Assembly: GCA_963775685.1 (NCBI GenBank) | Contig: CAVZJV010000014.1 | Span: forward strand, 256,001 to 320,000 | Source: Candidatus Bathyarchaeota archaeon | GTDB lineage: Archaea > Thermoproteota > Bathyarchaeia > Bathyarchaeales > Bathycorpusculaceae | DNA length: 64,000 nt | Reading direction: 5' to 3' | Shown: in pieces, positions 51,155 through 62,242 of the stretch | Numbering within the stretch: position 1 is the stretch's first letter | Layout of the letters: each line of letters opens with the position of its first letter | Notes under the pieces: model-generated | What the model saw: only the letters and a program-made list of their open reading frames with translations | Told to the model about the DNA's origin: nothing | The model's database searches: none | Program-made: the position numbers and the translations under genes

Positions 51155-53365
51155 ATGTTCATACCTTTACAAGCATTAGCAACATTAACAATTAATCCTG
51201 TTGTCTTTTGGATTGCCCCAATCGCTGGCATAATCGCTGTTCTTGCTTCTTTACTGCTCATGTACCGAATTAGCAAAATGAGTCCAGGTGGACCAAAAAC
51301 AGTTGAAGTCGGCAACGCAATCAGGGAAGGCGCCTACGCTTTCCTTAAAAGGCAATACAAAACAATCGCCATAATTACAGTAGTTATTTTTGTTCTACTG
51401 TGGGTCGCTTTGCCAAGCGGTCCTTACGGTGTAGGCACCGCAGCAGCGTTCTTGGTGGGCGCAGTTGCCTCCTTGGCCGCAGGCTACATCGCTATGGATA
51501 ACGCGACTAAGGCAAACGTCCGTACCGTGGCTGCAGCCAAAGATTATGGTGCTGAGAAAGCGCTTAAAACCGCGTTTTATGGTGGGGCCACTATGGGTAT
51601 GGCGGTTGTCGGTTTATCTTTGTTGGGCGTAAGTTTTCTATTTTTGCTTTACGGTGGCTTTAACGCCATGTTCAACACTTTGGATGTCACTGCAGCTGCC
51701 CAACTTGGAAGAGACGCAGCAAGCGGAATCGTCGGCATGGGTTTTGGCGCCTCGCTTATTGCGTTGTTTGCTCAGCTTGGAGGAGGAATATACACTAAAG
51801 CCGCAGATGTCGGCGCAGACCTTGTAGGCAAGGTTGAAGCTGGCATTCCTGAAGATGACCCACGTAACCCTGCAGTCATCGCTGACAACGTCGGCGATAA
51901 CGTTGGTGACTCAGCTGGAAGAGGCGCAGACTTATTCGAATCAGCCACAGGGGAGAACATCGGAGGCATGATTATCGGCGGTTTAATCAGCATCGCCACA
52001 GGAAACTTGATCTTCCTGATTTTCCCTCTAATCGCACGCGCTTTAGGTATCTTTGCAACTTTAATCGGCATGCCTTTTGTAAAGCTTAGCGAAGCAGAAG
52101 CCAAACACCCTATGAAAGCTCTGCGAAAAGGCTTAATGGTTACAACCATAGTTTCAGGAATTCTGTTCTTGTTTGCCACAATTTTCCTCTTAGGCGAAGG
52201 CTCATTTTCCATGACCTTCCTCTACCTGTACTTCTGTTTACTTGCAGGTTTAGCCGCAAGCGTTGCCATTGACTACATCACGGACTACTACACAGGAAGC
52301 GACCGCGGTCCAGTTGGAAGAATAGCTAAAGCCAGCGAAACAGGCGCTGCAACAAACATCATTACAGGCTTCGCAGTCGGACTTGAAACGACAATGCTTC
52401 CAATAGTCTCGCTGGTCATAGCCCTTATCGTATCGTACTTCTTTGGAACACAATTCGCGTCTTCATGGAACCTAACTCACCCAACCCAAATCATTGACCC
52501 ATTCATAGGCGGCATCTATGGAACCACTCTTGCAACAATGGGCATGCTCGCAGTTATGGGCATGGTCTTGGCCCTCGACGGCTTTGGACCAATCGCCGAT
52601 AACGCCGCAGGTATCGCACAAATGTCCGGTGAAGGCGGCGCAGAAGCAACCATGGAAGCTCTCGATGCAGTTGGAAACACAACCAAAGCCCTAACAAAAG
52701 GCTTCGCCCTTGGCTCAGCACTACTCGCAGCCCAACTGCTCTTCCAAACATACGCATCAGAAGTTACACTACGAACAGGCGTACCCTTCATTGTAGACAT
52801 CTCCAACCCCGCAGTACTAATCGCAGGCTTCATCGGCGCCATGCTACCATTCTTCTTCAGTTCACAGGCCATCAGCGCAGTAGGAAAAGCAGCAGCAGAA
52901 ATGGTTGCTGAAGTCAGACGACAATTCAGAGAAATCCCCGGAATCATGGAAGGTACAGGCAAACCTGAATACGGCAAAGCAGTAGACATCAGCACAAAAT
53001 CCGCGCTCAAAGGCATGGTACTTCCAGGACTAATCATCGTGATTGTCCCAATCATCGTAGGTGTCCTATTAGGTCCAGAAGCAGTAGGAGCACTCGTAAT
53101 CGGCGCAACACTATCAGCAGTCCCTCTTGCACTGTTCATGAACACTGGCGGAGGAGCATGGGATAACGCAAAGAAATTCATTGAATCAGGCCATTACGGT
53201 GGCAAAGGCAGCCCAGCACACGCTGCAGCAGTAGTTGGTGACACAGTCGGTGACCCACTCAAAGATACAGCAGGACCAAGCCTACACGTACTCATAAAAC
53301 TATTGAGCACACTTTCAATAGTATTCATCCCGCTGTTCCTAAACCTGCTACAACTGATCCATTAA
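51155..53365 (+). CDS. hppA: Membrane-bound H+-translocating pyrophosphatase, K+-independent type
   Basis: DVGADLVGKVE, DNVGDNVGD, GNTTKA (Lys at the K+-dependence position), DTVGDPLKD. Confidence 0.95.
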   Translation: MFIPLQALATLTINPVVFWIAPIAGIIAVLASLLLMYRISKMSPGGPKTVEVGNAIREGAYAFLKRQYKTIAIITVVIFVLLWVALPSGPYGVGTAAAFLVGAVASLAAGYIAMDNATKANVRTVAAAKDYGAEKALKTAFYGGATMGMAVVGLSLLGVSFLFLLYGGFNAMFNTLDVTAAAQLGRDAASGIVGMGFGASLIALFAQLGGGIYTKAADVGADLVGKVEAGIPEDDPRNPAVIADNVGDNVGDSAGRGADLFESATGENIGGMIIGGLISIATGNLIFLIFPLIARALGIFATLIGMPFVKLSEAEAKHPMKALRKGLMVTTIVSGILFLFATIFLLGEGSFSMTFLYLYFCLLAGLAASVAIDYITDYYTGSDRGPVGRIAKASETGAATNIITGFAVGLETTMLPIVSLVIALIVSYFFGTQFASSWNLTHPTQIIDPFIGGIYGTTLATMGMLAVMGMVLALDGFGPIADNAAGIAQMSGEGGAEATMEALDAVGNTTKALTKGFALGSALLAAQLLFQTYASEVTLRTGVPFIVDISNPAVLIAGFIGAMLPFFFSSQAISAVGKAAAEMVAEVRRQFREIPGIMEGTGKPEYGKAVDISTKSALKGMVLPGLIIVIVPIIVGVLLGPEAVGALVIGATLSAVPLALFMNTGGGAWDNAKKFIESGHYGGKGSPAHAAAVVGDTVGDPLKDTAGPSLHVLIKLLSTLSIVFIPLFLNLLQLIH

Positions 53366-53463
53366 GACAACGAAAACATTAGGGAAGTTTTTTCTTCCCA
53401 AAACTTAATATTTTTTTGAATTTTTGGTTTTTTTTAAATTAATCCATCTTTGATTAAGTAAAA

Positions 53464-53802
53464 TTAGGCTACTGGAGTGCTTTGAGGCATCTTGCCCTTG
53501 AAGCCTTCAATCTTGATTTGCTTTGCCATCTCCATGCCTGTGTCAGTTAGATTAAACAACTTGTATCTGTTGCGCCCATCCCTTGTAAGCTTATCTTCTT
53601 CTCTGAAGAGTCCGGCCTTTGCTAATATTTCACACATGTTAATATCCATCGATTGGATGGGGCTGCCTAAACTTTGGTCTAAAAGACTCAAGGTTTGGTC
53701 TTTGCTATTTAATGCAGCCAGAAGGCAACCTTTGAGGGGTTCAATTAATTGTTGTATGTAGTTACACATGTATTCCTGAAGAGTTTGCACCATAAAAAAC
53801 AC
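53464..53802 (-). CDS. Hypothetical protein, possible winged helix
   Basis: LAKAGLF...YKLFNLTDTG wing-like pattern. Confidence 0.55.
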   Translation of the reverse strand: MFFMVQTLQEYMCNYIQQLIEPLKGCLLAALNSKDQTLSLLDQSLGSPIQSMDINMCEILAKAGLFREEDKLTRDGRNRYKLFNLTDTGMEMAKQIKIEGFKGKMPQSTPVA

Positions 53803-53885
53803 CTAAGAATTATTTAATTAATCAAGGAAGCGAAAGGATTTAAGTTTTGCCTACCCACTGTTTTCCAAAATAGAGTTGTCTCAGC

Positions 53886-54980
53886 TTGAAAATTATTGAA
53901 AAAAATCTCAATCAAGGCTTTGTTAAAGTGGTGCCTGATTCGTCAGACGACCTATGGCACCTGTACAACGTTGTATTCAAAGGCGACGAAGTGTACGCTA
54001 TGACTTCACGAGCCATCAAAAGCGACACAGCGACCTCTAGGCCAAAGAGTGCTGAGCGTGTTTCTGCTTTTATGGGCGTTAAAGTGGAGTCAGTTGGCTG
54101 GGACAAGTTTCTAGGAAAGCTCCGCGTTCACGGTTTGATTTGTCATGCTCCAGACATTATTCCTACAGGCGCCCACCATACACTCAGCATCGCGCTCAAT
54201 CAGCCTATGACGATTGTGAAGAAAGAATGGCCCAAACACCTCTTGGACAGATTAATTAAAGCTAGCGAAGCTGAAAAACCACTCTTAATCCTCTCCATAG
54301 ACGATGAGGGCTTTGCTATTGCTGAAACTAAACAGTACGGTTATGAAACTCGAGTTGATCAACGCATGAGGCTTCCGGGAAAAGTGGAAGCAGATAAACG
54401 GGTGGAAGCTACAAAAGTTTATTTTAAACTTGCTTTAACGAGCCTAAACAAGCTATGGTCACAAAACCACAATCCCATAGTCATCATCGGCGCAGGCTAC
54501 GTTAAAACTGACTTTGTCAAATACGTCAACGAGGAATCTAAGGAAATGTCTCGTGCCGTGGTTGATATTAAAAGTGTTAACAATGGAGGCACAGCAGGAA
54601 TCGACGAAGCCCTACGTTCGGGGGTTTTGTTGAAGGCAGCGCATCAGCTTAGGGTCGTTGACGAAACTGAAACCATGGAGGAAGTCATGAAGCGCTTAGG
54701 CAAAGGTGAAGGAACAGTCACTTATGGCTTGGACGCTGTTGAGAACGCGGTGATGATGGGGGCAGTTGAGAAGCTGGTGATTGCCGATACGAAGCTCCGC
54801 GAAGCAGACGAATCGATACGCCTTAAACTTGAAGATCTAATGCACCAGGTTGAAAAACGGAATGCCCCTATAACGGTGGTCAGTACAGAACATGAGGCAG
54901 GAGCGAAACTCATATCGCTCGGCGGAATCGTTGCCTTACTAAGGTATCCACTATACATAGATACCCCGACTAACCGCTAA
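53886..54980 (+). CDS. pelA: mRNA surveillance protein pelota
   Basis: DDLWHLYN, GAHHTL, YG..AV..A..GAVEKL, HEAGAKL..LGGIVALLRY. Confidence 0.95.
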   Translation: MKIIEKNLNQGFVKVVPDSSDDLWHLYNVVFKGDEVYAMTSRAIKSDTATSRPKSAERVSAFMGVKVESVGWDKFLGKLRVHGLICHAPDIIPTGAHHTLSIALNQPMTIVKKEWPKHLLDRLIKASEAEKPLLILSIDDEGFAIAETKQYGYETRVDQRMRLPGKVEADKRVEATKVYFKLALTSLNKLWSQNHNPIVIIGAGYVKTDFVKYVNEESKEMSRAVVDIKSVNNGGTAGIDEALRSGVLLKAAHQLRVVDETETMEEVMKRLGKGEGTVTYGLDAVENAVMMGAVEKLVIADTKLREADESIRLKLEDLMHQVEKRNAPITVVSTEHEAGAKLISLGGIVALLRYPLYIDTPTNR

Positions 54981-55229
54981 AACCCCAATGGCAACGCCTA
55001 AATTCTGATGTTATGGCAAGAGAGATGTCTTTTTTGAGTACCAGTTGCAAGCGGTAGTTTTAGCTCTTAGTTTGTTTCATAATGTTGTTGGAAACAACAA
55101 AAAAAGCCCCAAAAGACCTATTCCATCACCAATAGATGCATAAACAACCTAAATAGTGGTTTTAGACCCTTTATAAATAGATGCTTTATATATCCCTTAT
55201 ATCATTTAAATACTAAATCGTGAGTTGAC

Positions 55230-55793
55230 ATGAGTAAAAGAAAACCGATCATTAAGATCCAAAACATTGTTGCTTCTGTCTCACTTAATCAAAAAATTGA
55301 CCTGCAAAAAATTGTTGAGAAATTTCCTCAAACTGAATACAACCCTAGTGTTTTTCCAGGCCTTGTCTTTCGTCTAAAAAAACCAAAAACCGCTACCTTG
55401 ATCTTTGGCACAGGTAAAATGGTGTGTACAGGTGCTAAGTCTGAAAAAGAATCGCGAAGCGCAGTAGAAAAAGTTGTTAAAGAACTTCGCGGCGAAGGCA
55501 TCCAAATTACAGAAAAACCCATCGTCAACATTCAAAACATCGTTGCCTCAGCTGAACTTGGCGGAGAAATCGACCTTGAAAGTCTCGTTTACAAACTCAG
55601 TAAGGTCATGTATGAACCAGAACAGTTTCCGGGTGCAGTGTACCGTATGGATGAACCCAAAGTTGTGTTCCTTATCTTCAGCGCAGGCAAACTTGTGTGT
55701 GTGGGAGCCAAGAAAGAAGAGCAAGTCTATGAAGCAGTCGACAAAATCCAGCTACTACTCGAAGAAAAAGAACTCATTTATTACCCCTCTTAA
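55230..55793 (+). CDS. tbp: TATA-box-binding protein
   Basis: Two repeats IQNIVAS...Y.P..FPG...LIF..GK.VC.GAK. Confidence 0.97.
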   Translation: MSKRKPIIKIQNIVASVSLNQKIDLQKIVEKFPQTEYNPSVFPGLVFRLKKPKTATLIFGTGKMVCTGAKSEKESRSAVEKVVKELRGEGIQITEKPIVNIQNIVASAELGGEIDLESLVYKLSKVMYEPEQFPGAVYRMDEPKVVFLIFSAGKLVCVGAKKEEQVYEAVDKIQLLLEEKELIYYPS

Positions 55794-56512
55794 CCTTCCT
55801 TTTTCATTCTTCGTCTAACCGCAGGATTCATTTCCGAGAGTTTTTTTAAAGCCAACTCAAACGGCTCATCCTGCAAAAGTTCTTTTTTGACGAAAACCCC
55901 TGTTCTGCCCACTGCATCACGCTTTAAAAGCGCATGGACTCTGTCCAAAACCGTTTCTGCTGAGACATCCAAGATTTTTGCTGCAAACTCTTCCTGGCCA
56001 ACTATACAGCTCTCAACATGACCTGTTTCTGTTGGTTCGATGAGCATAAGTCGTTTATCCACACCAGCAACGCGAACATTTGATTTAAGTTTGTTAAGGT
56101 TTGCTTCGCCCCCGAAGCGATAAAATTCTCTCTCTACACGACGCATCTCCATGAGCGGAAATGAAACGGTGGTTTGTTCGTCAACTTCTATATGGGCTTT
56201 CATGGCATAAGACGGTGTAGCTTGAACAATAAGCCGTAAGTTTATAGGTATTTTTTCTTTTTCAAGTGCTGTTTCCACTTGGAAGCTGTTTTGAATTTCA
56301 GGGATGAAAACATCCACGTCGCTTCTAAGTTTAACGTCTCCTCTGGCTATACTGCCATGTGTAAGTGAATGCAAATGAAGCGCATCTAGCGCCTCCATGA
56401 CCCAGATTGCTTTGCGTCTCAGTTCCTTTAACTGTTGCCAACGTAAACTGGAATAGGTAACTTCCTTGTATTCTCCATGTTTGGTTGGTTTAACAGCCAT
56501 CTTGTCTGCCAA
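55790..56512 (-). CDS. Archaeal nucleotidyltransferase-domain protein (COG2413-like)
   Basis: HGSIARGDV...SDVDV; RVAGVDKRL; GRTGVF. Confidence 0.85.
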   Translation of the reverse strand: MADKMAVKPTKHGEYKEVTYSSLRWQQLKELRRKAIWVMEALDALHLHSLTHGSIARGDVKLRSDVDVFIPEIQNSFQVETALEKEKIPINLRLIVQATPSYAMKAHIEVDEQTTVSFPLMEMRRVEREFYRFGGEANLNKLKSNVRVAGVDKRLMLIEPTETGHVESCIVGQEEFAAKILDVSAETVLDRVHALLKRDAVGRTGVFVKKELLQDEPFELALKKLSEMNPAVRRRMKKEG

Positions 56513-56578
56513 TTTAATGATTTAGTTCGGCATGGTTTATTTAGTTTAGTTTTCAATCAAGCTACAGAAGGAAAACTG

Positions 56579-57523
56579 ATGGATACCCCTCTCTGCAGCG
56601 CTTGCAAAACTCGCCAAGCCATCTTTTACAGGCAATACTCGGGTCAAAGACTATGCAAAAACTGCTTCACCCAATCTATCGAGGCAAAAGTACGTGCAAC
56701 CATAGCTCGGCACCATATGCTTGGTTTCGATGACCATTTGGCAGTGGCAGTTTCAGGTGGCAAAGATAGCCTCGCTATACTACACATTCTTGCAAAAATA
56801 AAACGGAATAGACCAAAGACCACTCTAACCGCTGTTACGGTGGATGAAGGTATAAAAGGCTACCGAGATGAAGCCCTCCAAATAGCTGCTGTTAACTGCC
56901 AGAAACTTGAAATCCCCCATCAGATAGTCTCGTTTAAGGAACTTTACGGTTTTACTCTAGACGAAATGATTTTTAGAGCCCGAGAAAGGGGGCAAACAGA
57001 GTTGACTGCTTGTGCTTACTGCGGTGTTCTGCGGCGTAAAGCCATCAACGATGGGGCACGGCAAGTTAAAGCCAATAAAGTCGCCACCGGTCACACTTTG
57101 GATGATGAAGTGCAGACGGTTCTGATGAATATTTTGCGAGGAGACATCGCAAGGTTAGCCAAGGAAAAACCTGTGTCCGCCGAAGTTCACCCCATGTTTG
57201 TGCAAAAAATTAAGCCCTTTTGTGAAATCCCCGAGAAAGAAAGCGCTCTCTATGCTTACGTTAAAAAAATAGATTTCCAAGACACTCCTTGCCCGTATGC
57301 TTCTGAGGCTTTACGCAACGACATCAGAGGGATGCTTAACCGAATGGAAGAGAAACACGCTGGAACCAAATTCACTGTATCAAAAGCTATTGAGCGTTTG
57401 CGTCCCGCTCTGGAACTAACGGTTCAGAAAGAAGCAGAGGGTTTTAGAAACTGTGATGAATGTGGTGAGCCGTCAGCTTTGGATTTGTGTAAAGCATGTG
57501 AAATGCTTCGCCAGGTACGTTAA
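56579..57523 (+). CDS. tRNA 2-thiolation protein (Ncs6/TtuA, TIGR00269 family)
   Basis: N- and C-terminal Zn fingers, PP-loop SGGKDS, CAYCGVLRR, TGHTLDD, CPY. Confidence 0.9.
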   Translation: MDTPLCSACKTRQAIFYRQYSGQRLCKNCFTQSIEAKVRATIARHHMLGFDDHLAVAVSGGKDSLAILHILAKIKRNRPKTTLTAVTVDEGIKGYRDEALQIAAVNCQKLEIPHQIVSFKELYGFTLDEMIFRARERGQTELTACAYCGVLRRKAINDGARQVKANKVATGHTLDDEVQTVLMNILRGDIARLAKEKPVSAEVHPMFVQKIKPFCEIPEKESALYAYVKKIDFQDTPCPYASEALRNDIRGMLNRMEEKHAGTKFTVSKAIERLRPALELTVQKEAEGFRNCDECGEPSALDLCKACEMLRQVR

Positions 57524-57726
57524 GCTTTATGGTTTGTTTTCTGTTGGCTTTTGAGTTTGCGCAGCATCTCTGAAGCTTCGGAAGCATTTTCGGCGGCTGC
57601 TATTCTTTGGGTTTTTTGGAGGTTTACGTTTGTGCCGCAGTAGGGGCAAATTTTACTCTTCTGTCCAATGGCACATAGCATTAAACCGCCACATTTTGTG
57701 CATTTTACGATAAGTGTTGCGCCCAT
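57520..57726 (-). CDS. Small zinc-ribbon protein (DUF1922-like)
   Basis: CTKCG...CPYCG. Confidence 0.7.
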   Translation of the reverse strand: MGATLIVKCTKCGGLMLCAIGQKSKICPYCGTNVNLQKTQRIAAAENASEASEMLRKLKSQQKTNHKA

Positions 57727-57796
57727 TTTGTTTTTCTTCCGAAAGCCTTTTCATCAAACAGGTTGATTAATTGTTTGGTAGGGAACAGAGAGCGTT

Positions 57797-58159
57797 ATGA
57801 GTGTTGATGAAGAGCAGTTCAAGTCAAGGTCTCAGTTGACTGATTTGGCTGTTGTGTACTTTAAGAAAGAAGGCTACAAGGTTAACAGCGAAAACGTCAA
57901 GCTTGAAGGACACACCGGCGTTAGCAGGCATTTTGATTTGATTGTCCAGAAAGGTCGACTTGAGCAGGGCGTTTGGGTCAGGGATTGGAACCGCACGATC
58001 GGAGTTAACGTTATCATAAACCTTGATATGTCTTCGGAAGATGTGGATTTGTCAAGTCCTATTATGATTGGAGGAAAATTCAGCGATCACGCCAAATCTT
58101 ACAGCAACCGACGGAAAATCACGTTGCTTACGAAGCAGAAAATCGGCAGTTTCCGATAA
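57797..58159 (+). CDS. Stand-alone restriction-endonuclease-like (Mrr-cat/PD-(D/E)xK fold) domain protein
   Basis: YFKKEGYKV...G.TG..RHFDLIV...IGVNVI...FSDHAKSY...ITLL pattern. Confidence 0.65.
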   Translation: MSVDEEQFKSRSQLTDLAVVYFKKEGYKVNSENVKLEGHTGVSRHFDLIVQKGRLEQGVWVRDWNRTIGVNVIINLDMSSEDVDLSSPIMIGGKFSDHAKSYSNRRKITLLTKQKIGSFR

Positions 58160-58741
58160 CTACTCTTTCAGGTACTCGTCAGTTAATCCTTCCCTTTCCA
58201 ACATGCCAAGCCAATCTACCGTGCCAACAATACAGGTTTTTCGTTTCTCCAAAACATCAACAATTTCATTTATTACCTGCTCAACGGACTTGCCTGTAAC
58301 ATCTAACTCGCAAACCCTGCCAGCATGAGCCTCAACAGCTTCGCCTAGGCAAATATCTATAATTTCTGCTTGAAGGTTTTCCCACATTTTAGTGCCGCTG
58401 TACCCACATTTCTCCATAAGATGTTTGAGTTCCACCGGGTTTCTGCGTAGTACAAAAACGTGAGCAACATGCTCGGTTGAAGTAACAGCGCTGGCGTAGT
58501 GACCGTCTATGATGATATTGACACTCTCAGAGGCATCTATGATTTCAGAGATTTTTTGCTGCATACTTCCCTCATTAATTATGATGGTGTCCCGCTCTTT
58601 ATCTTCTCCCAAAATTAAATTGTAGGTCTTGGCGAAGTCTGTTAAGTTAATGTATTGAGCGTTTAGTTTGGTTGCTAACGCTTTGGCGGTGGTTGTTTTC
58701 CCCGTGCATGGTGTACCTGTTATGAGAATTACACGTTTCAT
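58160..58741 (-). CDS. Adenylate kinase, AK6/Fap7 type
   Basis: ITGTPCTGKTT, IIDGH, K.WENLQAE. Confidence 0.9.
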   Translation of the reverse strand: MKRVILITGTPCTGKTTTAKALATKLNAQYINLTDFAKTYNLILGEDKERDTIIINEGSMQQKISEIIDASESVNIIIDGHYASAVTSTEHVAHVFVLRRNPVELKHLMEKCGYSGTKMWENLQAEIIDICLGEAVEAHAGRVCELDVTGKSVEQVINEIVDVLEKRKTCIVGTVDWLGMLEREGLTDEYLKE

Positions 58742-58982
58742 GGATGTATCTTTATTGGAGTTGTAAATATTTATTTTGTCTATGATTTTTAGTTAACTTT
58801 CATTATAGCATATTGTATGAAGAGCGATAAGGTCTACTTAGAAAAGTTCTTTGTCTTGTGACTTCTCCCTTAATTATGTAAATAAAATAGTAATAAAACT
58901 TGAAAATTCTAAAGGCAGAGTCAATAACCCTAAGTTAAATAATATGTTACAAAAAAAGAAAAAGGGATTTTATTTTTGGCGA

Positions 58983-61633
58983 TTAAGGGTGTTTTCGGAG
59001 TATTAGAAACCCAACTATTGCTATTGCAACAATTATGGCGATTACTCCTGTCGCCAAGTATGTTAACAGGTCTGCTGTTGTTGCCAAGCTTTGCTGGGGT
59101 GCGGCGGTTGCAGCAGGTGTTACTGTGTCGCTAGCATGGGCATAGGTTGAAGCTGATGATGGCCAATATGATTCTGAACCTGCAAAAGTTGCGGTAATTT
59201 GGTAGTCACCTGATATTTCAGGTGTCCATGTAAATCCGAAGGCGCCTGAGTCGTCGCTTGTGGTAGTCCCGATTACTCTTTGATTATGGTTTGAGTCGAC
59301 AACGCTGATGACAATTTGTACACCTGATGTATGTGTTGGTTTTACCTGTTGTTGATAGACGTATTCCATCCATTTGCTCTGACTTTCGTCAGAAACACAC
59401 GGTAATCCATGGGGGAATGTCGCTGCGACTACGTTTTGTTTTGATCCGGCAGAGACATCCATGACTGTGCCTGTGATAGTTATAGGTGTGTTGGTTGAAA
59501 CTCCGACTGCTGGAGCTGTTACTGTTACTGCGCTTGGTCCTTTGCCGAAGGCATATACTTGGTTGTCGTATGCGTTTAGCGATAGGAGAATGCCATAAGA
59601 GATTTCTGTTGATGTGACGCTGGTGTCTAGTTCGCTCCAGACCAGATTGCCGTTAGTGACGTTTACTGCTAATAGTTGTGCTCCATGGAATAGGGGTGGG
59701 TTGTATTCGTGGCCAATGGCAAAGTAAGCTACGTCTGTTGAGATACATGAGCTACTAAATACCCACAGTGGCCAGATGTCATAAGGCGTTTCAATTCCTG
59801 GGTCACCGATTAGTTGTGTGGTGTTTGTGTACCATTTCACGCTTCCATCTCCTATGTTTTGGCACCAGAGATCTCCTCCTAAACCTTCCCAGAAGATTAC
59901 GCCGTTTCCAAAGTAGGGCTTAAGGCTGAAGAGGTCATAGTGATTTGGTTCGCCACCGTTGAGTCCTGTTAGAGTTTTCTCCCACACTTTAGCGCCTGTT
60001 CGCGTGTTGAAGGCTGCAACAACGTATTAACGTCGTTGGCAATAACGATTAGTCCATTTCCGTATGTCTCAGTAGTTCTTGTGAAGGGTAATAGGGCTGC
60101 TGTTTGTGCTTGTGTTATGTTTTGTGTTATTACCTGGGCACCAGTGTTCATATCCATAGTTGCTATGACGAGCCAACCAGGTGTTTCTCCTCCAACTCCT
60201 TGTCCGTGAACGAATCCACCTGTCAATACAATTTCGTTGCCAGTTATTGAGTTCATCGAGAGGGCTGGATTTATTGCTGCACCTGAAATATTAGTTGCTA
60301 TTGGCATAGACCACATTTCTCCATTACTCATCGGGCGCACTGTGTTTACTGATGGATTCCATTGTTGACTTGTTTGTCCAATCGCCATCGTCATGTTAAC
60401 ACACGTTAAATGAGGTCCTGTATTTGTTACTGGTACGTTTTGTCCAGCGACTGGATGTGTCATTTCAGTTCCGACGGTGTTGTTTATGTAGTAACCTATC
60501 ATGTTTCCGCTTTCATCAGTTCTAAGGCTCAGAGCAGAACCGTTGACGACACTAAGGACATACTTGCCGGTTAAACCATCGTACATGTTCCATTGTGTTC
60601 CGCTGTTTACGACTTGATTGCCGCCGGTATCCGCTGCAGGCAGCGTTCCAGTTGTCCAGATGTATGGTCCGACAACGCCGTATTGATTAATTGCTTTAAA
60701 GTTTACGTTCATGCCGCAACGCAATGCGTTAGTTGTGTTTATCACCCAAAGATCCTGTCCTGTGTAGATGTCAACAGCTTTGACTCCGTTGGAGTAGGCT
60801 GTGGTTGTTGTATACCATGTTGAATACATTATGCCGTTCATTACAACTGGGGCGTATTTGGGTTCATACTGAGAGGTTGACCAGTAGTGGCTGTCTTGTT
60901 CATTTCCGCCTAGGTCTCCACCGACTACACCTCCTTCTGCCCAAGGTTTCGTCCAGAGAATATGGCCGCTGTTAACTGATGCAGTATATGGGTTGTAGAA
61001 GCTGCTGACGTTGTAGCCGCCAGTTTGCGCAAAAGAAACTGAACCATATCCTAGCCATGCACCGGTCAGAGTATACCAATTCTGCACATTCTGTGCCGTA
61101 ACTGGGGTCTGCCAGTAGCTTGTCGGAAGTGGAGTGAACGGATATCCTTGGTGCTCTACTGGGTCTTGTTGTACCGTAAGTGATGCTATGTTGCTCTCAC
61201 TGGGTGCATTAATAAGGCCTGCCCAACGACTGTTTGTTGCAAGAGTTTGTCCACCATAGAAGAATTGGAAAGTATAAGTGCCCACTTGGTCTGGAACGAT
61301 GTTTGTGTATGAGCCGCCAGTAAGATCGGATGTGAATGGTCCTAGGGTTTTAACTGTTCCATCAGGTAATGTCTCTCTGACTGTCATGTTCACTGCGTAT
61401 TCCACAGTTTCCATAGGTGTTGCTAAGAAGAAGTTTACGTTGACTGTTTGGCCGACTCCGACTGGATTAGGAGCAACGTTAATGTAAGCATACGTTGGAA
61501 TGACTGTTCCCGTTGGAGGATAGACTTGTCCTACCACGTTTGGTGATAATGTCAGCGACGTTGCCATTGAAATTGTTAAGAGTGTTACAATCAAAATAGC
61601 CATAGTTTTATTTTTTAAATTTTGCATTTTCAT
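58983..61633 (-). CDS. Secreted PQQ-like beta-propeller surface protein with C-terminal anchor; one frameshift near 60026
   Basis: Paralog of 25801-28514 (PLPT.YWQTP, HI.WTKP..GGV.GGD, GHEY.PPLF, NAYDNQ.YA.G.GPS); adding one T restores NYVVAAFNTRTGAKVWEK. Confidence 0.87.
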
Positions 61634-61908
61634 TTTTTCTTTCTTCTTTGTTTTTTAAACGAAAAAAAATTCTTTTTCTCTCGTCCCTTTAACGTATGAA
61701 AATTGCCACTATTTATAATCTTGCTTATTGACTATTGCCGTTTCTAAAAAATCCATACAAATAATATTATTTCATTAAATTTTGCAAAAGTATTGAATCA
61801 ATACATAACTTGCTTACAATCTTTGATGAAAAGAAACGGCCTTTACGTCTTCCTGCCAAGGTGGAGACGTAGGGTATGTTTATTGGGTGGGTTTATCCAC
61901 TTCATGTG

Positions 61909-62217
61909 GGCTGGCGAGTTGGTGTGTGGCTGTCGGATCCAAATTTGGGTCTGAGGAAACTCCGCCCACATGTAGAATTGCAGTCCCTTGGGACAGCGCG
62001 AGAGCGTTGGCAACGGAGCAGAAACGAAACGTCCACCCAGACTTGGCGATGAGACATTTGTGATGTCGAGTGCGCTGGACTGGAAACGGTGAAACGGCCG
62101 TCCTGCAAGTGGAAAGGGCAAACAGTCGCCGATGAAGTATCTACCGGAAGGCGCGGGTAGCCCGATTAGCCGAATGCCACAGAAAACAGAAGGCGGGTTA
62201 CAACCAACACACCAGCC
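61909..62217 (+). ncRNA. rnpB: Archaeal RNase P RNA
   Basis: GAGGAAACTCCGCCC and AACAGAAGGCGGGTTA P4 strands, GCAGAAAC, GGTGAAACGGCC; terminal GGCTGG/CCAGCC and GTTGGTG/CAACCAAC pairing. Confidence 0.95.
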
Positions 62218-62242
62218 TATTTTACTAATACACCAGCCCTGA

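Noticed and set aside
51772-53181. Long minus-strand ORFs (146 and 221 aa) within hppA
   Set aside because: Antisense shadows of a conserved gene with no independent motifs; the same applies to most short ORFs overlapping other core genes.
27438-60030. Programmed frameshifting in the propeller genes and proA
   Set aside because: No slippery heptamers at the sites, and positions differ between the paralogs.
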